This document shows, piece by piece, positions 30,593 to 39,468 of a stretch of DNA of 64,000 nucleotides. A program made the translations under genes and the position numbers. Position 1 is the first letter of the stretch. Every line of letters starts with the position of its first letter. This stretch comes from a virus. The notes below the pieces were generated by a model. That model was given only the letters and a program-made list of their open reading frames with translations, was not told the DNA's origin and did no database searches. Location of the stretch: the IMG/VR virus record IMGVR_UViG_3300001765_000052; one strand, 5' to 3'.

Positions 30593-30613
30593 AGTCTCGG
30601 TCGTTTCTGATGT
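29816..30613 (+). repeat. 32-bp direct repeats (29816-29847 and 30582-30613)
   Basis: aaaccacttagagtctcggtcgtttctgatgt occurs twice. Confidence 0.92.
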
Positions 30614-31706
30614 GCACCTCGGGAACAAAAGAAATGACACAAAATTTATTATATCTAATTTAGATAAACATTTCTCATGTGATGAACACTTGTCAACAAT
30701 AGACATGGTTGTAATTGCAGGTGATTTTTATGATGATTTATTATCGTACCCCAGTATTGAAGGTGGATTAATAGATTTGTGGATATCTAAATTTTTAAAA
30801 AAATGTCATAGATATAATATATTAGTCAGAATACTTGAAGGTACACCTAGTCATGATAGACAACAGTCTGAGAGATTCAACATAATAAGCAAAGTACATG
30901 CAGAAGTATCACATTGTTGTCCGGATCTACTGTATGTCAAGTCTCTAAGTATTGAACATATAGATAGATTTGATATAGATGTACTATATGTTCCAGACGA
31001 ATGGAGTCATGACACTAATGATACTTTAGATGAAGTAAAATCTTTACTAAAATCTAAGAACTTAACCCAAGTTGATATTGCTATAATGCATGGTCTATTT
31101 GAATATCAAATGGGTAACGTGATAAAAGATAATGTTAAGCATAATAGTAAAGAATATTTAGCTATTGTAAAAGGATTAATATTTATTGGTCATATACATA
31201 AAAGAACAAATCTTGATAGAATATATGCACAAGGGTCGTTTGATAGGTTAGCATTTGGCGAAGAAGAAGAAAAAGGTTTTCTTACAGCTATTATTAACCA
31301 AGACTACAGTTATGAGATTAAATTTATAGTCAATTATAGTGCACGAGTATTCATGACAATCAAATGTACTAGTGATGATATTGAATTTAATTTAAAGAAA
31401 ATAGATAAATCTGTAAAAAATCTTAGATCTGAATCATTTATACGAGTAGAAGCTAAATATAATAATCCAATTGTAAATAGCTCAGATACTCTAAAGAAAA
31501 GATGGCCGTGTTTACATTGGTCTTTTTTACCTAAAGAAACAACTGATGTAGATAGTACAGTAGTTTTCTCCCAAGACGCTATTTATGAACCTATCGTAAT
31601 AAATAAAGAAACACTGCTGCCATTAGTAATGAATAGAATAAATAAATTCAGTACTGATAGTGATATTTTAAACAGATGTAACTTACACCTAAAGGATTTA
31701 ACTTGA
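30579..31706 (+). CDS. sbcD: SbcD/Mre11-like metallophosphoesterase nuclease
   Basis: SDVHLG, AGDFYD, EGTPSHD, IMHG, GHIH motifs. Confidence 0.85.
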   Translation: MKPLRVSVVSDVHLGNKRNDTKFIISNLDKHFSCDEHLSTIDMVVIAGDFYDDLLSYPSIEGGLIDLWISKFLKKCHRYNILVRILEGTPSHDRQQSERFNIISKVHAEVSHCCPDLLYVKSLSIEHIDRFDIDVLYVPDEWSHDTNDTLDEVKSLLKSKNLTQVDIAIMHGLFEYQMGNVIKDNVKHNSKEYLAIVKGLIFIGHIHKRTNLDRIYAQGSFDRLAFGEEEEKGFLTAIINQDYSYEIKFIVNYSARVFMTIKCTSDDIEFNLKKIDKSVKNLRSESFIRVEAKYNNPIVNSSDTLKKRWPCLHWSFLPKETTDVDSTVVFSQDAIYEPIVINKETLLPLVMNRINKFSTDSDILNRCNLHLKDLT

Positions 31707-32566
31707 ACTATAGTGCAAATGTTTTAGCAGATAGAACAATGTCTGCATATCCTTGCAGTATTGGAACCAGTTTAGCGCTAGAGAGTCTAGCTACTGGTCC
31801 AAATCCAACATATGATCCCGAGCGAATACAACCACCACATGTTGATATAACGCAGTACGATGATGTATGGATCAACATATTTACTTTGTTTAGAAATATT
31901 TTGGGGTCAATTGACAAAAACGGTTTTAGTAAAGTAACGCCTGCTGCAATTAAAGATGTTTTAGAAGAAGAAATTTCTCTCATTAAACAACTGATCCAAG
32001 ATATTTCTTACGGTAAGGTAAAATGTGTATTTTATGTATCCGATTATACTGGATTAGAGCATAAGTACCCGCATGGTAAATTAAGAAATGATACAACAAT
32101 AAAGCAAAAAACATACACAGCTTTATTAGTAAATACTATTAATGGGTTTTTTAAAGACAATGGTAAGACAGAAGATATATTACATTTCAAACTAAAATTA
32201 GAACCACCTGAAAAGAAAAATGTATTAATTATTACTAGTTATGCAATTGATTTATTAAATAGTAAAAAATTTAAAAACTTAGACTTGTTGGAAAGCCACA
32301 CCGGGAAGCTTCTTAGTAAAGCATTATGGTATACCAAATTTTATGAAGGCAAAAATTTAGTTAGGATACCATTCAATCATTATTTTCTACAAATCTTTGG
32401 CGATAAAAGTACTTTTCATCCATGGCCAAAAGCCACAAGAACCGAAATTATTGCTATAGCGGAAAAATATAAATGGACTTATAATACATCAGATGATCGT
32501 GTTAGGTTTGGCATTGAAAATATAAAAGATGGTTATATTGTTTCAATTATAAAGAGTATGATGTAA
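31703..32566 (+). CDS. Conserved phiKZ-like protein (possibly PIN/flap-nuclease-like fold)
   Basis: SIGTSLALE, WINIFTLFRN, LLESHTG..WYTK motifs; synteny after sbcD. Confidence 0.5.
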   Translation: MNYSANVLADRTMSAYPCSIGTSLALESLATGPNPTYDPERIQPPHVDITQYDDVWINIFTLFRNILGSIDKNGFSKVTPAAIKDVLEEEISLIKQLIQDISYGKVKCVFYVSDYTGLEHKYPHGKLRNDTTIKQKTYTALLVNTINGFFKDNGKTEDILHFKLKLEPPEKKNVLIITSYAIDLLNSKKFKNLDLLESHTGKLLSKALWYTKFYEGKNLVRIPFNHYFLQIFGDKSTFHPWPKATRTEIIAIAEKYKWTYNTSDDRVRFGIENIKDGYIVSIIKSMM

Positions 32567-32724
32567 TGAACGATTTAATAAAAGGCTGTAGTGTTTACAA
32601 ATTAATAATCTAAAAGACCCATACACAATATCAATTTTGAAACAAATGATGTAATTTAAAAAATATAAATTACAACAATAAAGTGTAGAATAACACCCTA
32701 ATCTTATTAAAAAAGGAAATTAAA

Positions 32725-33405
32725 ATGTCTGATAAGTTTGAGAAACCAGAGATTAAAAAAACAGCTCTAAATAACATTAAACTGTCTTTATCTGCCCCAT
32801 GTCCGACTGCACCTGGTAAATTTTCATATTTGAGAGTAGAACTCTATAATAATAATCCACGCATTGTTGTGCATAGTAATGATCCAGCGGAAATGTCCAA
32901 AGAAAGAAACTTTGGTAAAATTACGGCAGCAATGGATGCACCTACTTTTTATACATTTTTAGAATTATTAAAAATTGCATATGAATCACAAACTGAAGTA
33001 AAAAATAGAATCATGAATACTAATTTTGATTTTGTTGATGGTAAAAGAAGCAATGAACCAATTCATATTTCAGACACATGGGTAGGTAAAGATAAAGAAG
33101 GATGTGTTTATTTATCTGTTGTATCCAAAAAAGACGATAAACCAATTATTAAATTTATTGTAAATGCACCAGATAAACGGTGGCATAAATTCTTTCACTC
33201 TGATGGAACCCAATATTCGGAAGCGCAAGCGTCTAATTTATACGCTAGGAGTTATTACAATCTTTGGTCAAATCTTGTAGGTAATTTACTTGTCACGGAA
33301 TACGTAGAACCACCACCGTATGTACCTGGGGGCGGTAGCGGAAGTAACTATAGACAAAAACCTAATAATCTAAATAATATTGATACAGAAGACGTTCCGT
33401 TTTAG
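32725..33405 (+). CDS. Conserved protein (gp67-like) with SSB-like acidic tail
   Basis: NNPRIVV motif, G/P linker, C-terminal DTEDVPF. Confidence 0.55.
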   Translation: MSDKFEKPEIKKTALNNIKLSLSAPCPTAPGKFSYLRVELYNNNPRIVVHSNDPAEMSKERNFGKITAAMDAPTFYTFLELLKIAYESQTEVKNRIMNTNFDFVDGKRSNEPIHISDTWVGKDKEGCVYLSVVSKKDDKPIIKFIVNAPDKRWHKFFHSDGTQYSEAQASNLYARSYYNLWSNLVGNLLVTEYVEPPPYVPGGGSGSNYRQKPNNLNNIDTEDVPF

Positions 33406-33417
33406 AATTATACAATA

Positions 33418-33457
33418 ACTAATCAACCTTACTAATTAATAAGTAAGGTTGATTAGT
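33418..33457. terminator. Intergenic hairpin
   Basis: actaatcaaccttact / agtaaggttgattagt. Confidence 0.6.
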
Positions 33458-33482
33458 ATATAAATATACCTAAATTTTAATA

Positions 33483-33500
33483 ATCATATATTACTATTAT
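33483..33500 (+). promoter_or_regulatory. Early promoter-like motif
   Basis: atcatatattacta, TATATTAC at 33487-33494. Confidence 0.7.
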
Positions 33501-33548
33501 GTATGCAATTATTAATAATATACAATTTTTAATTTAAAAAGGAAATTT

Positions 33549-35099
33549 ATGAAAATTGAAATTGTTGAAGGAACAGCTAAAATAAATAGTTTAATATTAA
33601 CTATAACACATGGAGATAATATTTTAAATTGGGATGTAAGTTCTTTTGATAGAAGGGCGTTCTATTCTGGCTACGATGTATTTAAATATATAAATCAATA
33701 TTGGGCACATTTAGATAAATATAAAACAGAAAAGATATTTTCTTTATTTCAGAAAATAATGTTTATATTTGAAGATATATACGATGTCTCTGAATTAATA
33801 TATCAATTAATCCCAGTAGTAAGAGATTTATTTGATGAGCATAAACTGGATGATATAAAACAATGGATGAATTTTCATTCCGATATTACATTCCCATATA
33901 AATTAGATGATATTTATGTAGTGGATTTTAACAAACCAAGTAGTAGAGATAAGACATATTTAAAATCAGATTATATTAATCTGATTACAATGGCTATTAC
34001 TTTGCGTATTATGGTACCAATATGGGGTGAATTTATATATAGGACGAAAAGAGAGACAGGTACAGATTTTAAAGAGTTCTATGCGTTGTATCTATTAGAG
34101 CAAACTTATATAATGAATTCGGAACCAATGGAGAAACTAAAGACATATGTATTAAAACAAATACCTGATGATAGTGATAAACAAGATAAACCAATTAATG
34201 CATCGATATTAAATGGAATTGGTAGTGAAAATTATCCAACTTGGTTATTAGCTAAAGTTTTAATAAATCGGTTGTGTGTAGGTGATGTATCTGGAACTAA
34301 TCCATCTTCATCATTAGTAACTTTTATATGGAACTTTGTTAACCATAAAATAACAAACGTAAATATTGGTTCATACGCAAGTATGATTAAAGCAAAAAAG
34401 TTTGAAAATGATGATGCGCATAATGATCATAATGCTTCTAGACTAGAAGGTTATAAGATCAAAACAGAATTGCCGCTAGGTGATGTAGTTATTCTAGAGG
34501 AATTTATGAATAACCCAATCAAAGTAGCGTTACAATTAAAACCAGATATTGATCTAGAATTATTAAATAATTTTCTATTTGATTCAAAAGCATTATATAA
34601 TGAAAAAATACATCGGCAACAAATAACCCTAACCCAATATGTATTAAAACCTGTTATTTCACCGAGAGGATTAATGCATATAAGCAAAATACAAATTATA
34701 AATGCAATTGCTATAGCCCAAACAGTTTTATGGCAATCTGGACATAAAATAATAGCTAGTTTAATGAGCGCAGTTAATACAAATAACGAAGATGAAACTA
34801 TGTTAAGTGGCATCGATTCTCGCGCTAGAATACCTAGCGATTTAATTGGAGAACTTAATATATATTATCCGTTTTCAAAAATAACAGCAAATAGAAAAAA
34901 AGGTAAGGTAGTCAATACTGTCATAGGTGCAATAGAAGAGATCACTCAGTTATTTGGACAAAGGGATTGGTTACTAACATTACGAGATGAATATATTGTT
35001 GATATCACAGGGAAAGTAAGTATTAGAAGATATAGTTGTCCGCACGATATAAAAGTATTGTTGGCAAAATTAATGTTGGAATTAGTTAAAAGTCGGTAA
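33549..35099 (+). CDS. Non-virion RNAP specificity (sigma-like) subunit, gp68-like
   Basis: 516 aa, TY...DY..L and PIWGEFI motifs; synteny. Confidence 0.65.
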   Translation: MKIEIVEGTAKINSLILTITHGDNILNWDVSSFDRRAFYSGYDVFKYINQYWAHLDKYKTEKIFSLFQKIMFIFEDIYDVSELIYQLIPVVRDLFDEHKLDDIKQWMNFHSDITFPYKLDDIYVVDFNKPSSRDKTYLKSDYINLITMAITLRIMVPIWGEFIYRTKRETGTDFKEFYALYLLEQTYIMNSEPMEKLKTYVLKQIPDDSDKQDKPINASILNGIGSENYPTWLLAKVLINRLCVGDVSGTNPSSSLVTFIWNFVNHKITNVNIGSYASMIKAKKFENDDAHNDHNASRLEGYKIKTELPLGDVVILEEFMNNPIKVALQLKPDIDLELLNNFLFDSKALYNEKIHRQQITLTQYVLKPVISPRGLMHISKIQIINAIAIAQTVLWQSGHKIIASLMSAVNTNNEDETMLSGIDSRARIPSDLIGELNIYYPFSKITANRKKGKVVNTVIGAIEEITQLFGQRDWLLTLRDEYIVDITGKVSIRRYSCPHDIKVLLAKLMLELVKSR

Positions 35100-35110
35100 A
35101 AGGAACACAA

Positions 35111-36580
35111 ATGAATTACACTATGGCATCAATGTACGGAGTCAAATCCATGAGAATAAATAAGTTAATTATTCAAGAGACAGGTACTTATAGTCAGCAA
35201 TGGAAACGTCCATACATAAGCGGATTAAATCCAAAAACATTTAATTCTATTGTAGAAAAATCTTCAAATGCTAAAACTATAACACCTAATATATTAGCTG
35301 GTGTATCTACACAATTTATTCATCCAACTGCTACACCGGAGGGAACATTATTTATTCCAAATGGTTGGCAAGAAAGAAGATTACGCTTCTTTATGGAAGT
35401 GTGCATTGAAGAACAAATGGGTTGTATTGTGACAGAATATATTGTTGGTTATACAGATTACGCGGGTATAGGTAGAATTAACAATAGCATAGACCCAGAG
35501 ATGAGATTCCATATTAATGGAATTAACACAACTAGAAACATGACACATGTTACTGCATTGGGAACACAAACATACCAAAATGCTATTGATTCATCACACG
35601 TATTATCGAATACAAACTATACAAATATTCAAAATAGTGTAAGAACTTACAGCATGCGGCCAGAAGATGTATACATGCAAATGGATGTAGCAGATATTCA
35701 GAAAAATCAAGATTTAGGTGATTTTATAGATGTGCAGAGTTTGATAACAACTGTACCTATTAAATCAAAAAGAACTAATTCTATTGCTCCAGTATATGTT
35801 GCAAATATACTTGATGCTTATATAAAAGCAAAACCATTAGATTTTCATGAATCTAATAGGGGAGATATTCTCCAAACAGCAATAGGGATAAACAGTTCCA
35901 ATTCAGTTTCAGATGATCAATTTATGTCATTTCTTAGAAATAGAAATAATAATAACGGTGATTCTTTTACGTATAATGATTTAATTGCAATAGATCAAAA
36001 TATATTTAATGTTACACAGGTAGTGCAGCTTACACCTATAACAAAAGCAACAGTACATCAAGCAGGGAGTACGTCTGAATGGGGTGCAGCTGATATGGAG
36101 ACAGCTTTTGCTACATGTATCAGTCAATCTTTGCCAGGCTATATGTTAGAATGTTGTTTTAATAAGTTCTTTTTCCGAGCAACCAATAGAGATATAGGTG
36201 GAAAAATAAGTATAGTAATTTCAGAGGCTAAAAGCCTCATGAGTAATGTAGACACTAGTGATTATATTAGAGTAATGGAATTTAAGTTAGAAAATGAATT
36301 ATTTAAGGATTTAACATTTAATAATCAAATGGATTTTGCAATTGATGTTAGATGTGATTTGCTTTTCGAAACTTGGATTAATTTATCAATTAACTCCGGA
36401 CCGTTTACAACATATGTTACACCTAGTTTCTGCGATGCATTAATGTCTCCCGTTATCACTGATAACTATAATAACTGTTTAAGTATTGCATCTGACTTTA
36501 GCAATATAGTTGACACCATCTGTGATAACAAAAACTCGACCCAACAGATGTCTAATAAGAATGGTTTTGGTTTAATTTAA
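35111..36580 (+). CDS. picA: PicA/Imp1-like nuclear import factor (gp69-like)
   Basis: Follows the gp68-like gene; ETGTY..Q..RPY, IPNGW..RRLRF, GYTD, RPEDV, PSFCDAL.SP motifs. Confidence 0.6.
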   Translation: MNYTMASMYGVKSMRINKLIIQETGTYSQQWKRPYISGLNPKTFNSIVEKSSNAKTITPNILAGVSTQFIHPTATPEGTLFIPNGWQERRLRFFMEVCIEEQMGCIVTEYIVGYTDYAGIGRINNSIDPEMRFHINGINTTRNMTHVTALGTQTYQNAIDSSHVLSNTNYTNIQNSVRTYSMRPEDVYMQMDVADIQKNQDLGDFIDVQSLITTVPIKSKRTNSIAPVYVANILDAYIKAKPLDFHESNRGDILQTAIGINSSNSVSDDQFMSFLRNRNNNNGDSFTYNDLIAIDQNIFNVTQVVQLTPITKATVHQAGSTSEWGAADMETAFATCISQSLPGYMLECCFNKFFFRATNRDIGGKISIVISEAKSLMSNVDTSDYIRVMEFKLENELFKDLTFNNQMDFAIDVRCDLLFETWINLSINSGPFTTYVTPSFCDALMSPVITDNYNNCLSIASDFSNIVDTICDNKNSTQQMSNKNGFGLI

Positions 36581-36591
36581 AGGAAAGAAAA

Positions 36592-37815
36592 ATGGATATC
36601 ATTGAATTATATAAAAATATACTATCTGTAGGTGGATTAGTTGTCGATAGTGAGGGTAACGTTTCCGGTTCAGATAAAGGTAGAACTATGCCATTTACAG
36701 TAGATGGTAAAAGATTAGTATTACCAACAAGAGAACATTTAAAAAATCCAGATTGGTCTAATAGAGTTGCATTCCATCCGTTATGTGAAGATATCATGAG
36801 TCCCGAGAGTCCAGTATTGGGAAGATTCCGTAGAGCAATCAACATGCGACTCAATAAAACAATTGGCTTCTTGATGATGGAGCTTTTGGATATTGCACTC
36901 AATACAGAAATGCATGGAAGCTTAACACCTGACCAAGCTAACATGTTAGTCAGTGTAAAAAATGTAGATAAAGATACACTTAAAACACTTACATCAATTG
37001 TTGAAAAAATAATTCGTAATGATGGTGAAAAGTGTTTTGTTCATTTATTTATTAAAAAGGGTGGCACTGTCGGTTTAAAGAAATACAGTAGGGCAACTAT
37101 TGTTACGTTTCCATTCTATAATGAACTAATGAAGAAAGAGAAACAAATCTACGATATAACAGTTAGAACGCGTGATAGGGAAGTTTTTGCTGGTCTACTA
37201 GAATATATCATACCAGATATCGGAACAGATAAGTTTTTTGATACAGGTAGTTTAACAGATATTGCACCATCATTAGATTCATTAATGAGAGCATTAACTA
37301 AAATTGTTAGTAGAACAAATATTGTTGTAAATGATTTTAAAAATATTCTTAAAGATGATACTGATGAATATAATTATAATGGTGAATGGATATCTGCATT
37401 CGATAACTTAGATAATTATGAGAAAGATATCAGAATGATACCAATGCAAACTGGTAACAGTAGTCATCAATCTTCACAAGCTACTGCACCTGTTTATGCA
37501 GTAGCGCCACCACAAATCAATGCCCCACCAGTAACAAACTATCCAATTTTTCAACAAGTACCTAAAGAGGTGGAATTTAAGAAAGATGACCAAACTATTA
37601 CAAATAGAGGAGGCTTAGATTTCGCATCTTTAATTAAATCTAACACTCCACAACAAGGTTATAATACATATCAACCAATGTCGGGACCCATGGCATTAAG
37701 AATTAACCAACAGATGCCTATGCAAAATCAGCAGATGCCTATGTATAATCAACCTATGTATAACCAACAGATGCCTATGCAAAATAGACAATTTGGTGGG
37801 TTTGGTAATATTTAA
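36592..37815 (+). CDS. Conserved protein (gp70-like) with Q/M/P-rich tail
   Basis: GKRLVLPT, FHPLCE, FPFY motifs; QQMPM repeats. Confidence 0.55.
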   Translation: MDIIELYKNILSVGGLVVDSEGNVSGSDKGRTMPFTVDGKRLVLPTREHLKNPDWSNRVAFHPLCEDIMSPESPVLGRFRRAINMRLNKTIGFLMMELLDIALNTEMHGSLTPDQANMLVSVKNVDKDTLKTLTSIVEKIIRNDGEKCFVHLFIKKGGTVGLKKYSRATIVTFPFYNELMKKEKQIYDITVRTRDREVFAGLLEYIIPDIGTDKFFDTGSLTDIAPSLDSLMRALTKIVSRTNIVVNDFKNILKDDTDEYNYNGEWISAFDNLDNYEKDIRMIPMQTGNSSHQSSQATAPVYAVAPPQINAPPVTNYPIFQQVPKEVEFKKDDQTITNRGGLDFASLIKSNTPQQGYNTYQPMSGPMALRINQQMPMQNQQMPMYNQPMYNQQMPMQNRQFGGFGNI

Positions 37816-37823
37816 ATAAAATA

Positions 37824-37859
37824 TTTACTGACACTAAGTTAATACTTAGTGTCAGTAAA
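37824..37859. terminator. Hairpin between convergent genes
   Basis: tttactgacactaagt / acttagtgtcagtaaa. Confidence 0.7.
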
Positions 37860-37872
37860 AATCCATTTATTT

Positions 37873-38214
37873 TTAAAGGTAAATATTTCCAGTGGCTGTA
37901 TAAACACTACGGATTTGTTCTAATTCACCATTATTTGGTATTTGAAGGTATTTTTTACCGGGACCAAATTCAGAATTACAATAATAATTATTAATTCTCA
38001 TTACCAGCCAATGATATTGCGGAGATATATTTAGTTCATTTAAATAACCAAATAAATCACCATTGTAAATATCCGCTTTTTTAGGTTGTATTTCTATAAC
38101 ACGTAAATTTAAATTAGATCTAAAATAATTTAAATGTGATTCTAATACATCCATAAAACCTTTTGTATAAAAAACATCCTCACCATTATCAATGGTTAAC
38201 GAATAAATATCCAT
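37873..38214 (-). CDS. Small LysM/baseplate-wedge-like protein
   Basis: GDLFGYL...YHWLVMRIN...L.IP pattern. Confidence 0.45.
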   Translation of the reverse strand: MDIYSLTIDNGEDVFYTKGFMDVLESHLNYFRSNLNLRVIEIQPKKADIYNGDLFGYLNELNISPQYHWLVMRINNYYCNSEFGPGKKYLQIPNNGELEQIRSVYTATGNIYL

Positions 38215-38231
38215 ATTTTTAAACCTCTATA

Positions 38232-38251
38232 ATCATATATTACTAACTTGG
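38232..38251 (+). promoter_or_regulatory. Early promoter-like motif
   Basis: atcatatattactaacttgg, TATATTAC at 38236-38243. Confidence 0.75.
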
Positions 38252-38292
38252 AACTTTACAATCTTTCACTTTAATAAAAAGGAAATTGAAAA

Positions 38293-39468
38293 ATGTTAGA
38301 TCATAAAATAGAGCCGAATGAATTGCATGCGGATTTAGTATCAAATTGTGCTTTCAATCCATGGCTTCAACACGATTCATCTGGTCGTGTATATATGACA
38401 AGTTCGCATTTAGGACAAATGCTTGTTATAAATGGTTCTACTGAAAGAAAATGCCAAACCGGTATTGAAAATGAATATGGTAAATATACATTCAATGTCA
38501 AAATGCCAGTGGATGGTGAAATTGTCGATATCATTGACCGGTATACACAAACATTAGGTCCAGATAGTATTAACGAAAATCCACAAACTATTGTAGTATA
38601 CGAAGATGTTGCTACTAAAGAACTAGGTATTATAAATCTTGTTAAGTATTGTTCTAATCACCAATACTTTGGTTTCAAATATAAAGGTAAAAGTGGTTTA
38701 GATAAAATACGGATAGGTGCTTTTATAGCCAAAGATACTATATTTTTAGACTCTCCAAACATAAGTGATGATGGTGGATATAAATATGGCATTGAATTAA
38801 ATATGGCATTAATGACACATCCTGCAGCATCAGAAGACGGTGTTTTGATATGTAAAGATGTCTTACCAAAATTAGGTTTTAAGACATATGAAAATAGAGT
38901 AGTAGAGTACGGTAGTAAAAGATTTGCTCTTAATCTTTACGGCGATATAAATAACTATAAACCTTTTCCGGATATTGGGGAATTAGTTAGATCGGATGGT
39001 ATTTTAATGGCGCTTCGAAATTATGAACCAGATATTTTATCCCCTATAGAACAAAGCGTTAAAGACACAATGGAGGTGGATTTTTTATTTGATAGCACTG
39101 TTTATGCAGGTGGTCCGGGCGGAAGAATAGTTGACATTAAAATAGTGCACGATATATCAAAAACAAATTGCGCTGATATCCACATGGATAAACAAGCACA
39201 AAAATACGACCATGCAAATCGTCAGTTTTATACAAAAATTGTTAATGTGTGGCGAAAATTTCACGCTATTAGAGGCGAGTCATTAAGGATGACAGCAGAA
39301 TTTCATAGATTAATAGTGGAAGCTTTATCTGTAACCGGTACGAAGTCAGATGTAAAAGTTAGTAAGCTCTATAGAAAAGCACCTCTAGATGAATACCGAA
39401 TTGAATTTGTTATTCAATATGATATAACACCTGGAATTGGGTATAAGTTAACTGATATTCATGGTGGT
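38293..39468 (+). CDS. Non-virion RNAP beta subunit (gp71/73-like), exon 1
   Basis: HDSSGR..M..SH..Q, TGIE, SEDG; ends GYKLTDIHGG. Confidence 0.88.
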
